Positions 1 through 10,200 of a stretch of DNA of 64,000 nt are shown one piece after another. Source of the DNA: Amoebophrya sp. A120 (lineage: Eukaryota; Protista; Dinoflagellata). The notes beneath the pieces were generated by a model that was given only the letters and a program-made list of their open reading frames with translations, had not been told where the DNA came from and did not search any database. The stretch's first letter is position 1. Every line of letters begins with the position of its first letter. A program made the translations under genes and the position numbers. The stretch spans positions 231,235 through 295,234 of the forward strand of contig CAJINV010000028.1 in NCBI GenBank assembly GCA_905178155.1, in the 5' to 3' direction.

Positions 1-840
1 ACAAAAATCTGAACTCGCAACTTGCGTCAGCTACGCCGAGGCGTAAAGCAGAGGTAAGCATTTTCGGAGAGAGACACGGTGTGACTACTAGTAGAGTATA
101 GTGAAAAGCATCAAGTAAATTTCGAAACGTTAAAGGCGGAACTGCCGTAGTCTTTTTTTGTGTTTTGAGTTTTTATTTCTGCTGTGCGAATAATAGCGTC
201 GAAGCCTACTATGAGCCTCTGAATGTCTAGGCATGGACAAGCGCCCCGGCCACTGCTTCAATTCCTATTTTCTATCTCATGTGTCTGCGAAGGGAAAAAT
301 GTCAAAAAGGCTTGCATGCGCGGAGTGCAACAACATGCCTGACCCCAGGGAATTTTTTCCCGGTAGAAGTAGTTTTTTTTCTGTCTCAAGCGCTTCATTA
401 AGTTTTGCGTTTTTTTCGTTTTCCTACAATATTTCCATGCTAAATATCGTTAGTGAAAATTCGTGATACGTACTGCTTGTTGTTTGTTTGTTGTGAGTGG
501 TCACGTGGAACCGCTTGAAAGTTTTTTGCTTTCTCTCACGTGGCTAGCGCTACTTCAACAAAAAGACAAGCTGGGCAAGCAACTTGTGCTTGTGGCTTGG
601 ACCCTTATAGAAAAACCTTTTTCTGCAGGACAACTACACGAACCTGGCAAAAGAAAGCGATACTACTATTTTGAAAACTAAACGTAAAACTCTGAAAGAC
701 GTTTTTGACAAGTAAAGCGCTCTTGTTGAAGGAAAAGATAAAGTCTGAAAGTTGAGACGAGAAAAATAGAAGTTGTTGAAAAGTTACGATGTCGGTATTG
801 AAAGTTAAAAGTCTACTGAAAAGTTGGGAAGGTCACAAAG

Positions 841-1405
841 CAGTGCTGCTCTAAAAGTTGCACTGTAGTCCTGTTTTTCGCAGTTGCAAGGTAAAAATTT
901 GGAGTTTGTGCTTGAAGGAACTGTTTTTTTTCATTTAAGTTTTTTGCTTTTCATCTTGCTTGTCGCCTACGAACGCTGCAGGTCGTTGTGGGCCTGTCTA
1001 CGTACTACTTCTTCTCTATACTTGTGAAGCTGTGGAGAATAAAAAGCCGAGACGGCCGGTAAGAGCAATGTCTGCGGGATTGCTGCGGGTTTGTGACATT
1101 GCGTCGCTTCTTTTGCTTCGTAGTACTTAAAACAGCACACGCCAAGCGTTTCGAAAGCAGTGCTGCAGAGCGACCCGCGACGGCCCTCTGCAGGCCTGTT
1201 TCGGCTGCAGTGTCACAGCTGGCCGTCTGTGCTCTTCGTAGTTTGAAAAAGAAAGTAGTGCTGGTCTGAAAAGTTGAAGTCTAGTCGTGTTTTTCAAGTT
1301 ACGAGCCTGAAGGAACTGTTGTTTTTATTTTGAGTTTTTAACTTTCATCTTACTTGTCGCTTACTTCTCTGTTCTACGCTGCAAGCCGCTGCGGGCCTGT
1401 CTTAC
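841..1405. repeat. Imperfect direct repeat pair, ~160 bp (841-1000 vs ~1255-1405), in ApT-depleted intergenic DNA
   Basis: Shared blocks agtgctg.tct.aaaagttg, tgaaggaactgtt, tcatctt.cttgtcgc, cgctgca...gggcctgtct in both copies. Confidence 0.65.
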
Positions 1406-1859
1406 GCTTTTTGCTTGTTGCTACTGTCGTACACGTACTGTTTTTTTCTTGTGTATGTGCTTCTTTCTTTCCATGCCTGGACATGGCGTCAACTGTTCGA
1501 GGACCTAAAAAATCCAAATTTTAGCACTCACATCAGATCGTTCGTGTCAGCATCGAACGAAAGGTATCTAAAAATCAAAAATTTCGTGTCAAATGAGTAT
1601 GTTTCTCTGTTGATTATGAACGTCTATAAAACCACCCTCTGCATCTACTTGACAAATGCATGCGCTTCTTCCAAGTTGTAGACTCTGATTTTACTTCATT
1701 CATATTTCCGTATCATTTTCAAAAAGTGATGTTGATGACAAGGAGAAGATGTAGAAAGTGCTGTGTAGTTATGGGATCATTCCAGATTAGAAAGAGAACG
1801 ACCACTGCACCAACTTGATGTCGCGCTTTATTCTCTGTGTTGTCCATCTTCGGTTGTCC

Positions 1860-4800
1860 TCAACGGGAACCACGACCTACCTCGCTTACTGGGATGTTCA
1901 CGAACGTACTCTCGCGTCGTGGTCGTGTAGTCACTGTTCTTTTGTTTTCCTCCCGATCTCCTTGATGAACACCAGAGGGCATTTTCTTCTCATTGCCGGT
2001 GGCGGTGGTCGTGCTGGTCCCTACTGGAAGTTTGGACAGCTGCCCCCCGCTCATCTTGTTCTTCTCATTGCCGGTGTTTGTGCTGGCGGTCCCTACTGGA
2101 AGTTTGTCCTTATCAACTGCAAAAAAGTCTGGTGTTTTGTCTGGAAACAAGACCTTGGTACAGCACAGGGAAGAGAACGACTTGAACTTTTTGAAGAAAG
2201 AAAATAAAAGTATGCACTATGTAGAGAGAGATTAAACATGCTAATATGTCCACCGGTGGAACTAACTATTACTACTTATACTACTGGAACTTTGCTCGAC
2301 TTGTCATCCAGGTTTTCCATGACCCATATGATCTGTAATGGACGACTTAGCATGACAGATCCCGTGAGATGATCACTAGCATGCCTATCCTGCATGAGAA
2401 ATTGCCTCTCAACTTGATCAAAAGCGGACATCATTTCTTGGTAATCATGCAACACAAATTTTTCCTTTTGCGTAATTCAGATTTAGTGCGACAAGTTCCA
2501 ACCTTCCAGACATCCAGGGATTTTTGCAGGGCATAGTCCTCCTTTTTCTCCATTTTCCTGTATTTTATGGCGTCCTCAAACATTTGCTTGCTCCGCTGTT
2601 GTATCCTGTGCAAAAGTATTGTATTGTATTCGTATTGCAATCATGCGTTACAAATCTTTTTCTTCAGGCACATTTGCATTTTACAACTTTCCTTTCTCAT
2701 GCCCAGAAAATTTGTCATGCGAGTACGATACTTTTGCAGTTCATATGTTGTTCCATGAATTTGTAAGGCGATAGAGTCCTCGCCATCAATAGTACTGTCG
2801 ACCACCACATGATCCACATCAAGCTGTGTTTCGCATGATATTAAGCTCAACATAAGTATTCATGGACGAACAGCTGAGAATGTAAAAACGTTTGAGGACA
2901 ATCCCATAAACATGCTGTTGTCGTTGAACCGCATGTATAATGGGTCATCGTAGGAGGAAGACCCAGAATTGGAATCATTTTCCTCTTTCTGGTAGTTTAT
3001 TCCGCAGTAGTTGATTCCGATCTTCAGTTCCGGATCCGGCGAAGATAACCGCATCAAATGTAAAAATGTCTGCGTCTGGAAGAGTGCGCGATTTATTGTC
3101 ACGCAGCTTTTCCATGACCCATGAGGTCTGGAATGCAGGACCTAGCATGACAGATTCTGTGCGATGATCTCTCTCTGCCTATCCTGCATGAGAAACTCCC
3201 TCGCGACTTGGTCAAAACTGGACGAGGACGTCACTTTTGGTAATCATGCAACACAGATTTTTGCATACTTCAGACTTAGCATGACAGGTTGCATTCTTCC
3301 AGACCCAGACATTTTTACATTTGATAAACGGAGCCTTTGACTTGTTTCTAGGCGACGACGACAAGGGTCTGGCATTTTTGGCACTGGATTTAAAGCCTAT
3401 CGTACGAAAAAAGTGTACCTTCACTGTAAGGATTTTGCAAGTTTTGCATCACAAGTTTGTTCTGCATGACGGACGAGAAAATTTGCCATGCGAGATCTCC
3501 AAGGGAAAACACCACGAAAATTCCATTGTCTTGCATGTGTAGCAAGACAAGCGCGTCCTCTGAGATAGATTTTCTGCATTACAAGTAGTTTTTTAATACA
3601 GTGAAACAGTTTTTTTTCTTGCGATAGAGCCGTCTTCATCGTCCTCGGAGTCCTCGTCATCCTCGGAGTCGGAGGTATCCTGTGCAAAAGTATCGTAATC
3701 GTACAAATGCAACTCTTGCATTACAAATCTTGTTTCCAAGGCAAATCTGCATATACAAATTTTATTTCTCATGCTGAGGAAATTTATATATGCATTTATA
3801 CGAGTACGATACTGTTGCAAGGCATAGGAGGAAGTAGATGACGATGAGCTTCCCTCCGAAGAATTGCCGTACCGCTGAAAGCTCGGGCCCGAGCGATCTT
3901 TGGAAAAAGGATGCTTGAATCGGTATTTGAGCGGTTCCCCCCATCTCGCATGGGCTTTCTTGCGGTTCGCCTTTTCAGGGATCACTATCATTGGGTCGTC
4001 AGGATCCTCGCCTAGAACTCTTCTCTTCTTCCGCTTTTCCTATAGAGAGCAAGTGAGTGATGATCTTAGGGAGTGTTGCTACTTTCTCTTATCGAAAGTC
4101 GCAGCCTACTGTCATGCGGATTTGCTATCTCCTCCTGAAGATTTGTCATGCAAAGTAGAGCACACTGACACCAAAAGCCACTCCATTCCATGACCATGCG
4201 GTCTGGAGTGATTTTTGCTGGGCAGTTTGCATCAGAAAAAAACAAAAAGCTTTCTAGGCGAATCCGCAAGACAGGTTAACTTTTTTCTTGGGACTAGCAG
4301 CAGCCGGGAAGATGATCACTCATTTCCCCTCCTTAACTCCTTGAAGTAGAATGTGACCTCTGCATTGCAAAAGTATCGTATTCGTATAAATGCATTACAA
4401 ATTTTCCCAGCATGAGAAATAAAATTTGTAATGCGGATTTACCTTGAGAAAAAGATTTATGATGCATGACTGCAATACGAGTACGATACTTTTGCACAGG
4501 ATATGACCGGCACGTCGTAGAAACCTGAGCCAGCCTATCAAAGTGCACAGGTCCCCCTCGTCCCCCTCATCTGTCAGGCAATGAAATCCCAAATACAGTA
4601 ACCCTGCCCGTTGGCACTGTTTGCATGACAGATTCTGGAAAGAACCCAAACAGTACTACACGAGTTCCATAAATTTGTCACGCGTAGGCTCCATGCGTGC
4701 TTGTGTTTGTCTTGCTGTTTATGCCATAGTTCTACAAATGAGGGGAAAGGGTAGTTGTGCACTCTCATACAGTCGGCGTTAGACCGTCCACCACAGATTT

Positions 4801-7150
4801 GCGCTGGTGCAAGGAAAAGCGTTTGATCTTTTTACCGCTCTTCACTTTATTCGCGACGGTCCGCAGTTCGTTTGTACGCTCCTTCTCTTTTTCTTTGTTT
4901 AGCTTCATCCTCATTTGCAGTGTGAGAACGTCGTTCTGGCTCGGCGATTCATCCAGCTCCTTGGGGACATCCACGGAGACGATGCGGATCGGGTCCTCGT
5001 CGTCGTCTATAATGTCCGGCCTCGCCCCGTAGGTTCCTTATGCTGAGCAAAAACGTCCCCACCCCATAGTCAAGTTGGTAAATCTGCAGCACAAATCTCC
5101 AAGCTTTGGGAGTTGTGCATGACAAGTTTCCATCTACAGTGTTGTGCTGCTTAGCAAGGGAAGCCGCATGAGAAAGCTATTTTCTCATGCTGTTTACATC
5201 AGCATTACAAATGCCAAAACACGATTGGAAATGCCTCTCATGGAGATGCGCATTGCAGATGCTCCTGTCATTGCGCATTTGCATGACAACTCTGGGCTGG
5301 GGACGATTTTACACAGGATATTCCTTCGTCCTTCGTCATCAATAGCTTTGACCCGGCGTTGTTCAAACAGCAGTGGTATGCATTGCAAAAGTATCGTACT
5401 CGTATAAATGCATTACAAATTTCCTCAGCATGAGAAATAAAACTTGTAATAGTATATGCGGATTTACCTTAAGAGCAAGATTTGTATATGCAAGACTTGC
5501 ACTTATACGAGTACGATACTTTTGTACAGGATAAGTCGTCATTCAAATCAAGTCTATGCTCCCGGACCAGCCCCGGAACGTCCTCGCACTGGTTTTTCCA
5601 GATGTGCTATCAACTGCAAAAATGTCTGGGTCTGGGGGATTCCGAGTTTTGTCATGCAGTTTTTCCAAGCTCCCCCACGTCTGGAATGCAGGGCCTAGCA
5701 TCACAGGTTCTGCAGCTCCTTGGTGATGCGTGTTCTGCATGAGAAACGCCCTCTCAGCATGGTGAGGAGTGGGCACCGAGAAATGCCCTCTTTGCACGTT
5801 GGTTATGCATCACAGATCTTTGTATGATCCGAAACACGCTTCACAAGTTCGGATCCTTCCAGACCCAGACATATTGGCATTTGATACGTGCTTGCAGGAA
5901 TTATCAAAAGTGCCGAGACGGAGAATGTTGCCCCCGTTGCAGAACACGATTTTCGCCCCTGCTAGGGCAAGAGGTGTCGTTCCTTTTTCCCACAGCGCCT
6001 GCCAAGTTTATCCTGTGTAAAAACGGCCCCACGAGGAACCCAGATTTAAAATGGGATTTCTGCAACACAAGCCTCAAGGCTATGGGATGCACACATGATA
6101 AAATGCGGTCGATATTGTAGTGCAGGTTAGCAAAAGGAAAAGCAAGGACGCCCGCATTTACAAATCCATCTGCTCATGCTGTTTACAGTATTACAAATTC
6201 TAAATTATTCAAAACACAATTGAAAATAGCTAGCATGCCGATGCGCATCACACATCTTCAGTTCCTCTTCCTGTGGTCATTGCAAATCTCGATTACAACT
6301 CCCGGTCGGGACCTTTTTTAGACATGATAAGGTAGTGTTCGAACACATCTGGTATAAGTCATTCATATGCATTGCAAAAGTATCGTACTAGTAGAACTCG
6401 CATGGCAAATTTCTCCAGCATGAGAAAAATAAAATGAAATTTGTAAATGCAGATTTATCTCGAGGAGTAGATTTGTATATGCATGATTGCCGTTACTACG
6501 AGTACGATAGTACTTTTGCAATGCATAATTCATGATCCGAATCTTTTCCACGGTCGACACTCTGGATTTCGTGTATCCTTCGGAAAAACATCCCCATCCC
6601 ATAGTTTTGTGTGATGTCATAGAGGTCTGCATGCTCAAAATGTCTCATCTCATGCGGACTTTCCAGTGCTAGTTGGAAATTTGTGATGCTCGAATCAGCA
6701 CGAGAACCTAGATTTGTCATGCTGCTCCCGTAGCTGAACGGGAATTCATTGCGAGCGGAAAGAACTCGTGGTGCGCAACAGAAGCAAACTTAATATCCTG
6801 TGCAAAAGTATGGCACTCCCCCTTGTAGTAATTCTAATTGCAATCACGCATTACAAGTCTTGTTCTTCAGGTAAATCCCCATTTCCGAACGAGGCTTTTG
6901 CAAAAATGCATAAAACTAACACGACCTTAGTTGTTTGTCTTGCAGATTTCCCAACTTGACGTATGGGAAGATGATGGGGACGTTTTCATACAGGATATCT
7001 TCTTTTTCTTCATCGCATTCTGATTCTTGCTATCCGCATCTCCATCAGCATCTTGATCCTCCTCAACGTCAGTCGCTGCGATGCTCATGTCCGATTTCGC
7101 GGCACCTGAAGTGGCAAGCGTTGGTTGAAAAATGTTGCCTGCAGAAGAGA
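1860..7150 (-). CDS. Hypothetical low-complexity protein gene split by 14 introners (5' end approximate; probable extra conventional intron near 2780-2950)
   Basis: Removing element+5 nt links ORF-track fragments in frame: KKKKSRVSTVEKIRIMNDLYQMCSNTTWQALWEKG...GTYGARPDIIDDDEDPIRIVSVDVPKE...SSDSEDDEDSEDDEDGSKSSAK...KKEDKLPVGTAS, to stop at 1860. Confidence 0.8.
2111..2535. mobile_element. Introner family A, degenerate, with ~150-bp internal insertion
   Basis: TATCAACTGCAAAAAAGTCTGG...TCCAGGGATTTTTGCAGGGCATA; TSD gtcct/gtcct; interior homologous to 3052-3326. Confidence 0.8.
2602..2745. mobile_element. Introner family D
   Basis: TATCCTGTGCAAAAGTAT...ATACTTTTGCAGTTCATA; TSD tgttg/tgttg. Confidence 0.9.
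3052..3326. mobile_element. Introner family A
   Basis: CATCAAATGTAAAAATGTCTGCGTCTGGAA...TTCCAGACCCAGACATTTTTACATTTGATA; TSD aaccg/aacgg. Confidence 0.9.
3398..3626. mobile_element. Introner family E
   Basis: TATCGTACGAAAAAAGTG...TTTTTTTCTTGCGATA; TSD aagcc/gagcc; frame restored. Confidence 0.85.
3676..3826. mobile_element. Introner family D
   Basis: TATCCTGTGCAAAAGTATCGTA...TACGATACTGTTGCAAGGCATA; TSD ggagg/ggagg. Confidence 0.9.
4041..4335. mobile_element. Introner family F (degenerate, single copy)
   Basis: Imperfect TIR TATAGAGAGCAAGTGAGTGATGATCT...AGATGATCACTCATTTCCCCTCCTTA; TSD tttcc/actcc; internal TGTCATGC motifs. Confidence 0.6.
4359..4503. mobile_element. Introner family D
   Basis: TCTGCATTGCAAAAGTATCGTA...TACGATACTTTTGCACAGGATA; TSD tgacc/tgacc. 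Confidence 0.9.
4536..4769. mobile_element. Introner family G
   Basis: TATCAAAGTGCACAG...GTTGTGCACTCTCATA; TSD cagcc/cagtc. Confidence 0.85.
5039..5320. mobile_element. Introner family B
   Basis: TATGCTGAGCAAAAACGTCCCCAC...GGGGACGATTTTACACAGGATA; TSD ttcct/ttcct. Confidence 0.9.
5377..5533. mobile_element. Introner family D
   Basis: TATGCATTGCAAAAGTATCGTA...TACGATACTTTTGTACAGGATA; TSD agtgg/agtcg. Confidence 0.9.
5608..5886. mobile_element. Introner family A
   Basis: Family A TIRs at both ends; TSD tgtgc/cgtgc. Confidence 0.9.
6009..6329. mobile_element. Introner family B (degenerate)
   Basis: TATCCTGTGTAAAAACGGCCCC...GGGACCTTTTTTAGACATGATA; TSD aagtt/aggta; frame restored. Confidence 0.8.
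6366..6527. mobile_element. Introner family D
   Basis: TATGCATTGCAAAAGTA...TACTTTTGCAATGCATA; TSD attca/attca. Confidence 0.9.
6574..6997. mobile_element. Introner family B (degenerate) containing a nested family D copy
   Basis: TATCCTTCGGAAAAACATCCCC...GGGGACGTTTTCATACAGGATA; TSD tcgtg/tcttc; frame restored. Confidence 0.8.
6794..6912. mobile_element. Nested degenerate family D introner
   Basis: TATCCTGTGCAAAAGTAT...CTTTTGCAAAAATGCATA inside 6574-6997; flanks only partly duplicated. Confidence 0.6.
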
Positions 7151-7297
7151 TTCATCTTCTTGGATCGATGAATTTGAGTCCTCGTTGGTTACTTACTAGT
7201 ACACATTTCAATTTTGATTTTTATTCGAGCCACGTTACTATAATCATGTGCAGCTCCACCTTTTATTCTTTCCACACCAATAAAAAAACTACGGAAT

Positions 7298-10200
7298 TAA
7301 ACTACGAGAACAAATCGAACACATAAGTAGTAAACGTCGCTGTAAGCAGTACCCGCTTTTTGCAGCTTCTTCTTGCCTTTTTTGTTAGACGCAGCAGGAC
7401 CAGACAGGAGGTTTCCAAACGCTTGTGCCGCAGGTAAAGACGCAGGACCAGCGCTGGGAGGAGGAACAACCTGGGTGTCGTGTAGTTGTGAAAGAATAGG
7501 TACGAATAGAGCATTTGATGATCAGGTTGCGCAACTAGAGCATCTGTACGGTTTTTGAAATTTTTCTTTTGTTCGCACACAAAAAACACTCTTCATTCCA
7601 AATTCAAATGACAGAAGAAAATAAAAAAGTACTACTTTTGCCTTCGAGGAGCTGCTGCTGGCACCTCCGGTTGTACCGCTTGGCGCTGCCAGCTTAGAGC
7701 TGCTGCTTGAGCTAGCTGCGGAGCTACTCGCTGCTGCTGGAGCGACTAGCGGAGGAGGAACAACCTGGGTGTCGTGTCGTTGTAACTGTATACGAATAGA
7801 TAAATACGAATGCAAGCATTTCATCAGGTGGGGCAACTAGAACATCAGCACGCCTTTGAAATTCTTTCTATTGCTATACAGAAAACGACGTATGCCTATG
7901 CGTAATTATATGGTCATGGTGGAATCTATAATTTTTGTCTGAGAAAACAACATCTTCTGGACCGATGTACCTAGATAATTGGATTGGGATTTCTTCTCGT
8001 CTGCTCGCTCACAAAGATAAATCGCTTATACTAGTAAGCTTGTTCGGCATTACGACCGAGAAAATCATATTCATTTCAAGAAGCCAAAGAAAGCTGCAGG
8101 ATAGCATACAGATGTAGAATTGGCCTTGAAGATCTGCTCGTATTTCTCCGTTTTGATTTTTCCGCTGCGGAGTAGAAGTTCTGTACAGCTCATGCTCCTG
8201 GGGACATCGCAGTGCCAATCTATATATTTTTACATTTATTCGCATCATGAATCTCGCGTGCTCCGTAAAAAGAACCTTTCTATGTTCTATTCAAGTGACG
8301 AAAAATACCACCTTCGCCAGCTTCGAACTGCTGCTGGCAGCTCCGGTTGTACCGCTTGCGTTATCTGCTGCTCTCTGAGCTAGTTGCGCCCGGAGCTGCG
8401 CCGCCAGTTGAGCGGTGACGCTTGGCCTACTCCCTGCATTATATCCACTGGAACAACTATGTCTGGGTCTAGAAATAAACTGAGGATCTTTATTCTCATG
8501 CAAATTGTACATGATGACCGCCTTTGATGTTGCATACATGCTCTAGCATCTTCACAGCTTTCATCGCGAAGCAAGTTTGCTGAGGCTAATGCCTATGACC
8601 CTGCATCAGAAATGACGTCTCTGGGTGGCTCGAACCTGGGTACTTTTTGCTGCTCATGCAACGCAGGTTTTTGTATGGTCGAAAATTAGGATCACACACA
8701 AGTCCCACTCTTTCCAGACCCAGACATATTTACAATACATAATGCAGCCACTGGCCCAAGAAAATTCGAAGTTTCCGCAGCCGATCCGGACCCGTGGCCT
8801 GTGCCAGCTGCAGCTTCGGCGCTTGTACCTGTGAATGGTAGTTCATCACCGCGATCAGTAGCCCGAAGTTGATGATGGTGATGTTCTGTCTGCTCACTGT
8901 AGTTTTCAAACTTATTCACCAGTGTTGCTGTTAGGAGCGTGAAGATCCCTTTAGCATTCTTTCAAATTTTGGATGTGGACGCTCATCCCGTTTTATCATT
9001 ATACTATAAACCGCAAGGACGTGGCCCAACATGGGAAGATCTTCCCGCCCCCACGGTGGAATGGAATGAACTTGAATCGATGAGGATTTCAAACACAAGA
9101 AATAAAAATTCAAAAAAAAAGAAGGGCGGTATTAAAGTAAGTAGCCAGACGGGGGTAACATGCTATTTGTTCTTGAACAATGCCAAAACTCCTTACACTT
9201 ACCGTTGTCTTTGTTCAAGTAAAATGAAGTCCTCGAAAACGCGGGGGCACCGTTCGCATCTTCACCTTCCTTACCGTCAATATTTTTCTTTTTCTTCTTC
9301 TTTTTCTTGACCACTAGATCCGTCGCCGCCATAGAAGAAGTTTGCTTGACCACTAGATCCGTCGCCACGTTCATCTCCTCCGCGTTCTTGTCGTCATCGT
9401 GGGGCGGGGGTCCAGTCGCGCTGGTATTCTTTATAAGCAGTGCAGAAGATGATGCCTTGTTCTCCTCACGTCCTTGCAGGAGTTCCGGTTCATCCTCGTC
9501 GTCCAGAACGTCCTTGTTCAGCAGGACATAAGGTTCTTTCTGTTTTTCCAGCAGGGTAGCATCTTCACGCCGGCGGCGCTTTGTCGGGTCGGAATCGGCG
9601 ACGGTGTCCTCGTTGTTCGCGCGTTTCTGTTTCTTGTTCGTCGTATTGACTTGTTCTGTTTGGGTCGCGCTGAGAAGAGCCCCCTCCGACTTCGCTTTCT
9701 GATGCTGCTTCTGCTTGGCCTGGTGATCCGGGTATTTCTCCTGCACGACCGCCGCGCCGGGCGCCGGAGGAACCGCCGTGCTGCCGTTGCCCCCCAATTT
9801 CTTCGACGATTTTGGTTTTTTCGCCGTGCCGGTAGTTTTGCCCACCGCAACCGCGGTGCTGTCATTGCCCGAAGATTCTAACGGTTTTGTTGTAACGGTG
9901 GAGCTAGCAACTTTATTATTCTGTGCAGTTGTACTTGAAGACGCACTTGGTCCACCACTTTGGCGATTATTTTGACTGACGTCGGCATTTTGTTCCTGAT
10001 TCGGTTTTTGCTTTTGCTGCTCTTTGCTGAGACTCACGCCATTTTGTTCCTGATTCTGGCCACCTCGCTTTTGCTGCAGCTCTTTGAGCGTTTTTATCTC
10101 TTTACGGGCGTCCTCCAGCTCCTGTTCAAAATGTTCTCGAAGCTCCTTCATCTGCAGATCTTTCTCCTTGCACGCTTTCTCGGCAAGCATCTTCTCGTGC

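Noticed and set aside
7890-8225. Additional very old introner
   Set aside because: Only faint TATG/TATA ends, no TSD, and it lies within an apparent GT-AG intron; cannot be delimited
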